32,984 bases of DNA. Source: an uncultured Erysipelothrix sp. (GTDB lineage: Bacteria; Bacillota_I; Bacilli_A; Erysipelotrichales; Erysipelotrichaceae). Both the position numbers and the translations under genes were made by a program. This document shows positions 18,162 to 27,278 of this stretch, one piece after another. The notes beneath the pieces were generated by a model. It saw only the letters and a list, made by a program, of their open reading frames with translations, did not search any database and was not told where the DNA came from. The DNA is taken from positions 1-32,984 of the forward strand of contig CAZRNT010000001.1 in NCBI GenBank assembly GCA_964601525.1. The letters are read 5' to 3'. Positions within the stretch are counted from its first letter, which is position 1. Each line of letters opens with the position of its first letter.

Positions 18162-19554
18162 AAGTATGATTTTTAGAGTATGGTTTTATTTCATGCTCTT
18201 AACAGGAATTACTCTTTTATCTTTATGGATGTTACAAATTTCTTTTATTCGCCCTTATTATGAGAGGAATCGAACCCAGGTCATTAATCAAAAGGCGATT
18301 GAAATTGAAAGACTCGTTCATGATGAAGAAGGATTAAAGGATAGTGATCGACTAACTAAACTTTTATCAAAAGAAAATATGTGCGGAAGTATCTATGATG
18401 AAAATGGTCGCTTAATTATGACTTCTAGCGGATCGCTTGTGTGTATACTAAATAGTTTGCCTACAGATTCGATTTTAGAGTACATTATTATGGCTCAAAA
18501 ATCTGTAAGCTCACAGTTTTCCATCAGATTCAGTTCGGATATCTTTGATCAAGGTATGTATTTTTATGGTAAAGAAGTTCAAGTTAATGACAAGGCGTAT
18601 TATATTTTTATTAATTCACCTTTGGAATTATTAGATTCTACTGTTTTTGTTATTAGAAGACAGTTTGCTTTATTGGCTGCGATTGTTTTTACTGTCGCCA
18701 CTTTAATATCGTTTTTATTGTCACGCCATCTCGCTCGTCCTATAGAGAGATTAAACAATTCGGCTCATAAACTTGCGGAAGGGGATTTTGATGTTGAATT
18801 TGATGGTGAAGGGGTTAATGAAATGGAATCACTTGCAGATACTCTCAACTATGCGACTTCAGAATTTAGAAAAACTAATGAGCTTAGAAGAGATTTGGTT
18901 GCGAATGTGAGTCATGATTATAAGACGCCACTCACAATGATAAAAGCCTATGCAGAAATGATACAGGATATATCGGGTGATGATCCCATCAAAAGAAATG
19001 AACATTTAAATGTTATTTTGGATGAAGTTAATCATCTAGAACTTTTGGTTAATGATATGTTAACATTATCTAAATATGAATCTAAAATGTATGAAGTAAA
19101 GAAAGTTGAATACAATCTTTTAGATAATATTCAGCAAACAGTTTCTTTATTTCAACTTGATGATTGGGATGTGAATATTGTTTGTGATTTTGAAATCAAT
19201 GTCTTTGCTGACCAGATAAAAATGGGGCAAGTTTTATATAATTACATAAGTAATGCCGTTAAATATGCAGATCAAAAGAAAAAGCTTGATATTGTCGTAA
19301 AAGATATTGATAGCGAAACTGTTATGGTTAGTGTTATTGATTATGGAGATGGTCTTGATGAACATGAACAATCATTGTTGTGGGATCGATATTATAAAGT
19401 TGATAAAAACCATCATCGTCAAACATCTCAAAGCGGTCTTGGACTTTCAATTGTTAAGGCTATCTGTCAGGCTAATGGTTCTGATTTTGGAGTGAAGTCA
19501 AAGCCATCTGAAGGATCTGAATTCTATTACACATTAAAAAAACAACAAGTCTAA
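18145..19554 (+). CDS. Membrane sensor histidine kinase (2 TM, HAMP, HisKA, HATPase)
   Basis: H-box NVSHDYKTPLT, N-box NYISNAVKY, DYGDG, SGLGLSIV; two hydrophobic helices. Confidence 0.92.
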   Translation: MKLKTKSMIFRVWFYFMLLTGITLLSLWMLQISFIRPYYERNRTQVINQKAIEIERLVHDEEGLKDSDRLTKLLSKENMCGSIYDENGRLIMTSSGSLVCILNSLPTDSILEYIIMAQKSVSSQFSIRFSSDIFDQGMYFYGKEVQVNDKAYYIFINSPLELLDSTVFVIRRQFALLAAIVFTVATLISFLLSRHLARPIERLNNSAHKLAEGDFDVEFDGEGVNEMESLADTLNYATSEFRKTNELRRDLVANVSHDYKTPLTMIKAYAEMIQDISGDDPIKRNEHLNVILDEVNHLELLVNDMLTLSKYESKMYEVKKVEYNLLDNIQQTVSLFQLDDWDVNIVCDFEINVFADQIKMGQVLYNYISNAVKYADQKKKLDIVVKDIDSETVMVSVIDYGDGLDEHEQSLLWDRYYKVDKNHHRQTSQSGLGLSIVKAICQANGSDFGVKSKPSEGSEFYYTLKKQQV

Positions 19555-19571
19555 TTTAGGCTTGTTGTTTT
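19539..19571. terminator. Bidirectional terminator between kinase and deacetylase
   Basis: AAAACAACAAGTCTA-att-TAGGCTTGTTGTTTT between convergent genes. Confidence 0.75.
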
Positions 19572-19574
19572 ACT

Positions 19575-20921
19575 TTAATTTTGTTTAGGTCCCCAGGTAT
19601 ATATTTCGCCAGTTTCATAATTGATTTCTCTTGCTTTTAAAAGTTCCTCAACGGTAACGAATTTATAGCCTTGAGCCGCAAGTTTTTTTATGCCGCATTC
19701 AAATCCTTGATAACTGCTTTCGTAAAGGTCATGCAACAGGATGATTGCACCATCATGAGACATTTTGTCAATTTCGTTACAAATGGAATTTGCATCTCTA
19801 GTTTTCCAATCAAGAGTATCTACTGACCAGTTAATAAATACTGAATTGGTATTATTTCTAACAAACTCATTAGCATTACCATAAGGTGGGCGAACCATGT
19901 ATGGTCCTTCATATCCACTGGCATCTTTAAATATAGCGTTGGTCTTATCGATTTCAGCGTTTACTTGTTCTTTATTTAAAGTATTGAAATCGGCGTGATC
20001 ATAAGAATGATTTGCTAATTGATGTCCACGATCTAGTACCGATTTAACAATTGGCTTATAAGCTTCGTCTTCTTCGATTCTTTGACCTACCATGAAGAAA
20101 GTTCCTTTTCCATCATGTGCTTCTAATGTATCCATTAACTTTTCTGTGATATCCCAATGAGGTCCGTCATCAAATGTGAAGGCAACTAGTTTTTCGTTTG
20201 GGTCAACACCTTGATCTAGATAAACTGAAGGACTAGGAGCATCACTAATTTTGTGATTACCTAAATCGTTTTTTAAGTAGGTGACTGTATCTTTAATGTT
20301 GATAGTATATTTATTTCCTTTATCAAGTGTGATAATTTCATCATTAGCAAGATAGAAGTTATCAAAACTTTGTGTTGAAAATTTACTTAAGAACTCATTT
20401 CTACTTAATTCGTTTTGTTCAAAGTTATTTCTTAGATGTGTGCTTACAATATTTTGACCTATTTCATCAAATAAGTCTCCAAGAACAATAGCTTTATCTT
20501 CTTTGTTGTCAAATGTTCGAGCTACTTCTTTAATTGTTTTGCCATTAAGTTCTAAATTCAACAGAACACTTACTTTACCATCGATCTCGTTTGTCTTATA
20601 ATCTTGTTTAATTAAAGTTTTATCTTGCTCATCTTTACTTAATGTTTCGATTAGTTTGTCGTTGTCTTCCATTTCTTCTTGAATCCATTGATTCATTGAC
20701 TTTATTTTACCACTTGGATAATGATATACTTTATAAAAGTTATCTGATTTAGACTTCGTAATTTCGTGTTTACCAAATGTTTTATCTTCACTGCTAACTT
20801 TTATCAAGTCTGAAGGATATCTTGTAACTTTGTACAGAACTCCTAAGCCGACAAGTAAAACTATAAATAAATTTATAGCTAGTAATACTTTTGTTTTAAT
20901 ACCTTTTTTTTTCACATGCAT
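19575..20921 (-). CDS. Membrane-anchored CE4 polysaccharide deacetylase (PgdA/PdaC-like)
   Basis: TFDDGP, NHSYDH, RPPYG, DTLDW and LLHD motifs; N-terminal TM helix. SD AAGGAG favours ATG 20921 (alternative 20942). Confidence 0.9.
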   Translation of the reverse strand: MHVKKKGIKTKVLLAINLFIVLLVGLGVLYKVTRYPSDLIKVSSEDKTFGKHEITKSKSDNFYKVYHYPSGKIKSMNQWIQEEMEDNDKLIETLSKDEQDKTLIKQDYKTNEIDGKVSVLLNLELNGKTIKEVARTFDNKEDKAIVLGDLFDEIGQNIVSTHLRNNFEQNELSRNEFLSKFSTQSFDNFYLANDEIITLDKGNKYTINIKDTVTYLKNDLGNHKISDAPSPSVYLDQGVDPNEKLVAFTFDDGPHWDITEKLMDTLEAHDGKGTFFMVGQRIEEDEAYKPIVKSVLDRGHQLANHSYDHADFNTLNKEQVNAEIDKTNAIFKDASGYEGPYMVRPPYGNANEFVRNNTNSVFINWSVDTLDWKTRDANSICNEIDKMSHDGAIILLHDLYESSYQGFECGIKKLAAQGYKFVTVEELLKAREINYETGEIYTWGPKQN

Positions 20922-21005
20922 ATTCCACTCTCTCCTTGTCATTATTTTATCATAGTGAGAATCATTTTGGGGGCAAAATGCTATAAAATCAATTTATTTT
21001 TATAC

Positions 21006-21034
21006 TAGACACTTAGCTTTTAATGTTGTATAAT
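21006..21034 (+). promoter_or_regulatory. SigA promoter for the rplU operon
   Basis: TAGACA-N17-TATAAT. Confidence 0.75.
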
Positions 21035-21040
21035 ATTAAA

Positions 21041-21140
21041 GCGTTAAAAGGCTATGTTGTACATCTCTTAATTTAAGAGGTCCAACCGCATATCTAAGGT
21101 CGAAGTGGTATGAACCCACCTTATGTAGCGAGTCTGACGT
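21041..21140 (+). ncRNA. L21 leader-like cis-regulatory RNA
   Basis: 5'UTR of rplU with CAACCGCA...AGGT...ACCT...GCGAGTCTG elements and stems ATCTCTTA/TAAGAGGT and TAAGGT/ACCTTA. Recognised by eye, not by covariance model. Confidence 0.72.
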
Positions 21141-21160
21141 AAAATAAAAGGAGGTGCGCT

Positions 21161-21472
21161 ATGTACGCAATTATTGAAACAGGTGGAAAACAAGTTCGTG
21201 TTGAAAAAGGACAAACAATTTATGTAGAAAAATTGGATGTTGAAGAAGGCGAAGAAATTGTTTTCGATACCGTTGTTGCTGTTAAAAACAGAGCATTAAA
21301 AATTGGTACTCCATATGTATCAGGAGCTTCTGTAACAGCTAAGGTTGACAAGCACGGAAAAGGTAAGAAAATTACTATCTTTAAATATACTGCAAAGAAA
21401 GTATCAAGCCGTCGTAAACAAGGTCATCGTCAACCATATACACGCTTAATTATTGAAGATATCGTTTCATAA
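21161..21472 (+). CDS. rplU: 50S ribosomal protein L21
   Basis: [11 protein letters not shown]...KQGHRQPYT. Confidence 0.97.
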   Translation: MYAIIETGGKQVRVEKGQTIYVEKLDVEEGEEIVFDTVVAVKNRALKIGTPYVSGASVTAKVDKHGKGKKITIFKYTAKKVSSRRKQGHRQPYTRLIIEDIVS

Positions 21473-21474
21473 AA

Positions 21475-21795
21475 ATGGTTAAGGTAGCTATAGTACGTAA
21501 TCAGAATTCTAAAATTAGCAAAATCAAAGTTTGGGATCATGCAGGTTCTGGAGATTATGGTTTTGATTTAGTTTGTGCTGGTGTCAGTGCAATTATGATT
21601 GGTGCTTTAAATGCTTTTGATCAAATGTCTTTACCTGCTAAACTTACAATGGATCCAAGTCCTTTGATTTGTATTGATTGGTTAGGCAGTGATGAAGGAC
21701 AGGAAATGATGGAAATTATATATATACAATTAAAAACTATTGAAGAACAATATAGCAATTATATTGTAATTAAAGAAAAGGAGGAAATCCGATGA
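21475..21795 (+). CDS. prp: Ribosomal-processing cysteine protease Prp (YsxB)
   Basis: [17 protein letters not shown] (His/Cys dyad); lies between rplU and rpmA. Confidence 0.92.
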   Translation: MVKVAIVRNQNSKISKIKVWDHAGSGDYGFDLVCAGVSAIMIGALNAFDQMSLPAKLTMDPSPLICIDWLGSDEGQEMMEIIYIQLKTIEEQYSNYIVIKEKEEIR

Positions 21796-22076
21796 AATTC
21801 ATATTAGACTTACAATTTTTCGCTTCTAAAAAGGGAGTAGGGTCTTCCAAAAACGGTCGTGATTCTCATTCAAAACGTCTAGGTTCTAAACGTGCAGATG
21901 GAGAATTCGCAACAGCTGGTTCAATCCTTTACCGTCAAAGAGGAACTAAAATTCATCCAGGTCAAAATGTCGGACGTGGTGGTGACGACACCTTATTTGC
22001 AAAGGTTGATGGCGTTGTTAAATTTGAACGTATCAGCAAAAATCGCAAATGTGTATCCGTATACCCAATTGCTTAA
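21792..22076 (+). CDS. rpmA: 50S ribosomal protein L27 with Prp-cleaved N-terminal extension
   Basis: [10 protein letters not shown]|[15 protein letters not shown]...[10 protein letters not shown]. Confidence 0.97.
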   Translation: MKFILDLQFFASKKGVGSSKNGRDSHSKRLGSKRADGEFATAGSILYRQRGTKIHPGQNVGRGGDDTLFAKVDGVVKFERISKNRKCVSVYPIA

Positions 22077-22080
22077 GACT

Positions 22081-22110
22081 AAATCCCCATCAACATGGGG
22101 ATTTTTATTT
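22081..22110 (+). terminator. Intrinsic terminator after rpmA
   Basis: AAATCCCCAT-caac-ATGGGGATTT followed by TTATTT. Confidence 0.8.
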
Positions 22111-22126
22111 GAAAGGAGCTTAAATT

Positions 22127-23410
22127 ATGTTCGTAGATAAAATAGAAATTGAACTCGTTTCTGGTAATGGTGGTAATGGTTTAACATCTTTCAGAAAAGA
22201 GGCACATGTTCCTTTAGGTGGTCCATATGGAGGAGATGGTGGTAAGGGTGGCGATATCATCTTTAAAGCTGACTCTCATAAATCCACTCTTTTGGACTTA
22301 CGTTATAATAAAATATTAAAAGCAGATAATGGTGAACACGGAAAAACTAAAAAAATGCATGGTCGTTCTGGTAAAGACTTAGTTTTAAGAGTGCCAATCG
22401 GTACAGTGGTTACTGATTTGGAAACCGGAGATATCATTGCTGATTTAACTGAAGTAGATCAAGAAGAAATAATCTTAAGAGGTGGAAAAGGTGGTCGTGG
22501 TAATGCTCGATTTGCTACGCCAAATAATCCAGCCCCTCATTTTAGTGAAAAGGGAGAACTAGGTGAACACAAAAGATTTTTGATTGAATTGAAACTTTTA
22601 GCCGAAGTTGGTCTCATTGGTTATCCTTCTGTAGGGAAATCAACCTTATTATCCGTAATTTCTAGAGCGAAACCTGAAATTGCTGAATACCCATTCACAA
22701 CAATAGTACCTAATCTTGGTATCGTGGAGACAAAGGATTCAAGATCTTTTGCTGTAGCAGATCTACCGGGTTTAATTGAAGAAGCTCATCAAGGAAAAGG
22801 ACTGGGTCATGTCTTTCTTAAACACATTGAAAGATGTCGAGTTTTGGTCCATGTCTTAGATATGGGTGGAGAGTACGGTAGAGATCCACTTGATGATTAT
22901 GATGTCATTAATAACGAACTAGCTAAATATAATGAGGATTTACTCAATAAACCAATGCTTGTTGCAGCCAATAAAATGGATATGGAAGAGGCTGAGTCCA
23001 ATTTAAATCGCTTTAAAGAAAAACATCCTGAAATTGAGGTCTTTCCATTGATTACTTTAGTCAATGAAGGAACTGATTCTCTTATTTATCGTTTAGCAGA
23101 TTTATTGGATGAAACCAAAGAAGAAATAATTCATGAACAAAATGAAACTGTTGTCTTTAAATATCAAGCACCAGTTAAAGAATTTGAAGTAATTCAAATT
23201 AATAGTAATACTTGGAGACTTGAAGGTAATGCAATCACTAAGATGTTTAGACAGTTTGACTTTGATTCTGAAGAGTCGATAATTCAATTTGGCTTAGCTC
23301 TTAAACGTCTTGGAGTTGATCAAGAACTTAGAAATCGTGGAGCAAAAGATGGACATACTGTAATTTTAGAAAATGTTCAATTTGTTTTCGATGAAGGTAT
23401 GGTAGAATAA
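22127..23410 (+). CDS. obgE: GTPase ObgE/CgtA
   Basis: Gly-rich Obg fold, GYPSVGKST, YPFTT, DLPG, NKMD and a C-terminal OCT domain. Confidence 0.96.
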   Translation: MFVDKIEIELVSGNGGNGLTSFRKEAHVPLGGPYGGDGGKGGDIIFKADSHKSTLLDLRYNKILKADNGEHGKTKKMHGRSGKDLVLRVPIGTVVTDLETGDIIADLTEVDQEEIILRGGKGGRGNARFATPNNPAPHFSEKGELGEHKRFLIELKLLAEVGLIGYPSVGKSTLLSVISRAKPEIAEYPFTTIVPNLGIVETKDSRSFAVADLPGLIEEAHQGKGLGHVFLKHIERCRVLVHVLDMGGEYGRDPLDDYDVINNELAKYNEDLLNKPMLVAANKMDMEEAESNLNRFKEKHPEIEVFPLITLVNEGTDSLIYRLADLLDETKEEIIHEQNETVVFKYQAPVKEFEVIQINSNTWRLEGNAITKMFRQFDFDSEESIIQFGLALKRLGVDQELRNRGAKDGHTVILENVQFVFDEGMVE

Positions 23411-23424
23411 AGATGGTGATGTAG

Positions 23425-24003
23425 ATGATAGCCTATATAAAAGGAATCCTTGTTGATCAAAGTGAAACGTCTGTTCTTTTAGAAAATAATGGGATTGCTT
23501 ATGAGATATTCGTGAGCAATCCTTATCAACTTAGCCTAAATCAAGAACATAAAATTTTTACCTATCAACATGTTCGTGAAGATGCAATTTTATTATTTGG
23601 GTTTCCTAGTATGAATGAAAAGCAAGTTTTTTTAGGGATCATTAATGTTAAGGGAATAGGTCCTAAAACAGCAATGAACATCCTTAGCAAAACTACTGCT
23701 AATGAATTTCTACAAGCTATTGAAAATGAAGACTTAAATTATTTAAAAACCTTACCTGGTATTGGTAAGAAGACTGCTTCACAAATTCTTTTAGATTTAA
23801 AAGGAAAAATGCTGATTGCAAGTGATGAAGCTAAGCCAGTAAGTTCTAATGTAAGTGAAGCTTTAGAAGCGTTAAAAGAATTACGTTTTACTCAAGGTGA
23901 ATTAAGGTTTGTTGAAAAAATTCTTAACGAACATCAAGATGAATCGGTTGATAAACTAATTAAAATCGCACTTCAGGCTATCGCTAGTAGGAGTGGTAAA
24001 TAA
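23425..24003 (+). CDS. ruvA: Holliday junction branch migration protein RuvA
   Basis: [18 protein letters not shown], HhH motifs VKGIGPKTA and LPGIGKKTA. Confidence 0.95.
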   Translation: MIAYIKGILVDQSETSVLLENNGIAYEIFVSNPYQLSLNQEHKIFTYQHVREDAILLFGFPSMNEKQVFLGIINVKGIGPKTAMNILSKTTANEFLQAIENEDLNYLKTLPGIGKKTASQILLDLKGKMLIASDEAKPVSSNVSEALEALKELRFTQGELRFVEKILNEHQDESVDKLIKIALQAIASRSGK

Positions 24004-25001
24004 TGACAAGAATATTGTCGGGTGAAAAGATCGAAACTGTAGACGAGGAAATGTTGCGTCCGCAATCGATTGAAGAATATATTGGTCAACATGCTTTAAA
24101 AGATAATCTCAATATATTTATGCAAGCAGCACAAGGTCGTCAAGAAACTTTGGACCATTTATTGTTTTATGGTCCTCCGGGCCTTGGTAAAACAACTCTG
24201 GCTCATATTATAGCTAATGAGATGGGGGCAAATATTAAAGTTACATCAGGACCAAGTATTGAAAGAAGCGGCGATTTAGCTGCTGTTTTAAGTATGCTTG
24301 AGCCTGGTGACGTTTTGTTTATTGATGAGATTCATCGATTACCCAAAATGGTGGAGGAAGTTCTTTATCCAGCTATGGAAGATTTTAGTTTAGACTTAAT
24401 TGTTGGTAAAGAATCATCCAGTAGAAGTATTCAAATAGATTTGCCGCCCTTTACTTTGATTGGTGCTACAACTCGAGCAGGGGATTTATCGGCTCCTTTA
24501 CGGGATCGATTTGGTATTGTATCGAAACTTGAATATTACAGTACAGATGAACTTGCTAAAATTGTTCGAAGAACTTCTAGAGTTCTAGATAGTCAAATTG
24601 ATGATGATGCAGTTTGGGAAATAGCTAGACGATCACGAGGTACACCTCGTATCGCAAATCGTCTCTTTAGAAGAGTTCGTGATTTTGCTCAAGTACTTAA
24701 TGATAATTATATTGATCTTGCCATTACTCAGTTGGCTTTAGAAAGATTAAAAGTTGATTCACTTGGTTTAGATGATGTTGATGTTCGCTATCTTCAAGGA
24801 ATTATTGAACGATTTAATGGTGGACCTGTAGGTATTGAAGCGATCGCCGCATCGATATCTGAAGAAGTTATGACTCTTGAAGATGTCTATGAACCTTATT
24901 TATTACAAATTGGATTTATCAATAGAACACCCAGAGGTCGGGTAGTAAATAAGTTGGCTTACGAACATTTAGGCATTGCCTATTTAATGGATAAAGAATG
25001 A
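24003..25001 (+). CDS. ruvB: Holliday junction helicase RuvB
   Basis: [40 protein letters not shown]. Confidence 0.97.
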   Translation: MTRILSGEKIETVDEEMLRPQSIEEYIGQHALKDNLNIFMQAAQGRQETLDHLLFYGPPGLGKTTLAHIIANEMGANIKVTSGPSIERSGDLAAVLSMLEPGDVLFIDEIHRLPKMVEEVLYPAMEDFSLDLIVGKESSSRSIQIDLPPFTLIGATTRAGDLSAPLRDRFGIVSKLEYYSTDELAKIVRRTSRVLDSQIDDDAVWEIARRSRGTPRIANRLFRRVRDFAQVLNDNYIDLAITQLALERLKVDSLGLDDVDVRYLQGIIERFNGGPVGIEAIAASISEEVMTLEDVYEPYLLQIGFINRTPRGRVVNKLAYEHLGIAYLMDKE

Positions 25002-25011
25002 GGTGCAGAAT

Positions 25012-26088
25012 ATGAAAATTTGTATTGTTACAGGTGGTAGTGGGGGTCATATTTTTCCAGCGATTACCTATGCGGATTATGTCAGAGATCATACAGAACA
25101 TGATGTATTTTTTATAGGTAATGATCATAAAATGGAATCAGAAATTGTACCCAATGCTAATTATGAATTTTTCTCTATTCATAATCAGGGTTTACAAGGT
25201 AGTAAATTAGATAAGATAAAAGCATTGTTTTCACAATTCTCTGCTATTTCCCAAGCTAAAAAGCATCTCAAAAGAGAAAAACCTGATTTAGTCTTTTCTT
25301 TTGGGGGCTATGTCTCTGTTCCAGTAGGGATTGCAGCTAAATTACTAAAAATACCTGTAGTTCTGCATGAACAAAATGCTTTTCCTGGTAAAGCAAATAA
25401 ATTATTAGCAAAATGGTCTAAAGCTATTGTCACTTGTTATCCAGAGGCTTTTTCTAATCAAGAAAATGTTCATTACTTAGGAAATCCTCGCGCATCTTTA
25501 ATTTCTGAAACCATTGATTCTGATTCAGAATATAAACGTCTTGAATTAGAAACTGATAAAAAAACAGTTCTTATTGTTATGGGATCGCAAGGTTCAATGG
25601 CAATGAATCCTAAGTTTGAGGAATTAATTGAAGAATTTGATGAAGATGATTATCAACTGGTCTTAGCTTGTGGTCCCTTACATTATGATGCTTTCATGAA
25701 TAAGTTTCCTCAAGCAAAGAAGAATTTAAAAATAAGTGGATTTGTTGACCAAAAAGCCTTGTTACCACGTTTAGATTTAATTGTGGCAAGAGCAGGAGCA
25801 TCCACAATTGCGGAAATACAATCTTTTGCAGTTCCGTCTATTTTGATACCAAGTCCACACGTTGCTAATAATCATCAGTATTATAATGCGAAATCATTGG
25901 AAGATCATGATGCTTGTATTTTATTAGAAGAAAAAGACTTAAATGGATTAAAATTATTGGAAGAAATCAATTTATTGATGGAAGATGAGAATAAACGTTT
26001 GGAATTATCAGAAAATGTTAAAAAAATGGCTAAACCTGATGCAGTAAAGGATATTCATCATCTAATTGAAGAGGTTCTTGCTTCATGA
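25012..26088 (+). CDS. murG: Lipid I GlcNAc transferase MurG
   Basis: GGSGGHIFPA, FGGYVS, HEQNAFPG, GNP, GSQG, RAGASTIAE, HQYYNA. SD GAGGTG favours ATG 25012. Confidence 0.93.
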   Translation: MKICIVTGGSGGHIFPAITYADYVRDHTEHDVFFIGNDHKMESEIVPNANYEFFSIHNQGLQGSKLDKIKALFSQFSAISQAKKHLKREKPDLVFSFGGYVSVPVGIAAKLLKIPVVLHEQNAFPGKANKLLAKWSKAIVTCYPEAFSNQENVHYLGNPRASLISETIDSDSEYKRLELETDKKTVLIVMGSQGSMAMNPKFEELIEEFDEDDYQLVLACGPLHYDAFMNKFPQAKKNLKISGFVDQKALLPRLDLIVARAGASTIAEIQSFAVPSILIPSPHVANNHQYYNAKSLEDHDACILLEEKDLNGLKLLEEINLLMEDENKRLELSENVKKMAKPDAVKDIHHLIEEVLAS

Positions 26089-26894
26089 GAAAAATTCCAA
26101 GTTTAAACGAAGAAACAGATTCCTTTGACAAGATCAAGGCGGATTTGGATAAAAGAAAAAAGATGGTAAGAAGAAAAAAAAGAAAAAGAACTTTTAAAAG
26201 AATTTTAATGATTGCTGTATTAATTCTTTTAGGATATGGGGTATATAAATTCGATTCCTCAGCGAGTTCTAAAGTTAATAAGATTTATGTAAAAGGAAAT
26301 AATATATTAAATGAAGAAGAGATTATCAAATCAGCTAATTTGGCAGTCAATGATCGAATATATTTGCGACTTCCTAATTCTTATAAAAGAAAATTAGAAA
26401 AAAATTCTTTGATTAAATCAGCAAATGTAAAAATTTTATATCGTGAACAAACAGTATTAATTAATGTAATTGAAGAAGAGAGCATTGCATATCAAAGGAA
26501 ACCTGAGCCAGTAATTTATTTTGAAAACTTAGAGCAGTTAGAGCTTAATCCTGAAAATGAACATGCTACAAATACATTACCTTTAATTACAAATGTTAAT
26601 GATGAAGCAATGAGTTTAAAAATTGTAAATAATCTAAAAGATGTGAATCAGGCTGCTAGATTATCAATATCTGAGATAATTCACATAAATGATAAATTAG
26701 AGGAAGAGTCGCTTAAATTGGTCATGAATCATGGTTATTATGTCTTTACAAGTGTAGAGACCTTACCATTAATTGATAATTATGCTACTATTATAAGTGG
26801 AACCAAGCCAAATTATAATTGTATTTATCTTTTGGAATATGGACCAACCGAAGATACTCAAGTCGCAACGGCTAAACCGTGCGAATTTGATTAA
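26085..26894 (+). CDS. divIB: Cell division protein DivIB/FtsQ-like
   Basis: Basic cytoplasmic N-terminus, one TM, POTRA-like region (SKVNKIYVKGN...EEIIK...LIKSANV...INVIE); follows murG. Confidence 0.75.
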   Translation: MRKIPSLNEETDSFDKIKADLDKRKKMVRRKKRKRTFKRILMIAVLILLGYGVYKFDSSASSKVNKIYVKGNNILNEEEIIKSANLAVNDRIYLRLPNSYKRKLEKNSLIKSANVKILYREQTVLINVIEEESIAYQRKPEPVIYFENLEQLELNPENEHATNTLPLITNVNDEAMSLKIVNNLKDVNQAARLSISEIIHINDKLEEESLKLVMNHGYYVFTSVETLPLIDNYATIISGTKPNYNCIYLLEYGPTEDTQVATAKPCEFD

Positions 26895-26918
26895 GAAAAA
26901 TGATGAGGAGGAATAACA

Positions 26919-27278
26919 ATGGCGATTGAAAAAACAAATAAATTTGGTACAATCAATGTTTCAGATGAAGCAATCGCAATGCTAGCTGGTGGTGTCGTTA
27001 CTGAATGTTACGGTGTTGTCGGTATGGCCTCGCAGCAAGTCTTTAAAGATGGTCTTGCTGAGTTGTTGAAAGGTGAAAATTATTCAAAAGGTGTGATCGT
27101 TCGTCGTGGCGATACAGGATTTGAATTAGATGTTTATATTGTTGTAAGTTATAACGTAAAAATTTCTGAAGTAGTTTTAGAAGTGCAAAAGAAAACAAAA
27201 TACATGCTTGAAAAGACGCTAGGGCAAAAATTTGATTCAGTGAATGTTTATGTACAGGGAATAAAGGTAGATAAGTAA
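26919..27278 (+). CDS. yloU: Asp23/Gls24 family protein YloU
   Basis: GTINVSDEAIA...ECYGVVGMAS...ENYSKGV...VNVYVQG. Confidence 0.9.
   Translation: MAIEKTNKFGTINVSDEAIAMLAGGVVTECYGVVGMASQQVFKDGLAELLKGENYSKGVIVRRGDTGFELDVYIVVSYNVKISEVVLEVQKKTKYMLEKTLGQKFDSVNVYVQGIKVDK

Noticed and set aside
21892-22140. Alternative-frame + strand ORFs (also 12678-12866, 19307-19495, 32406-32600)
   Set aside because: They lie inside rpmA, ackA, the kinase and polC; no frameshift is needed because the host genes are intact.
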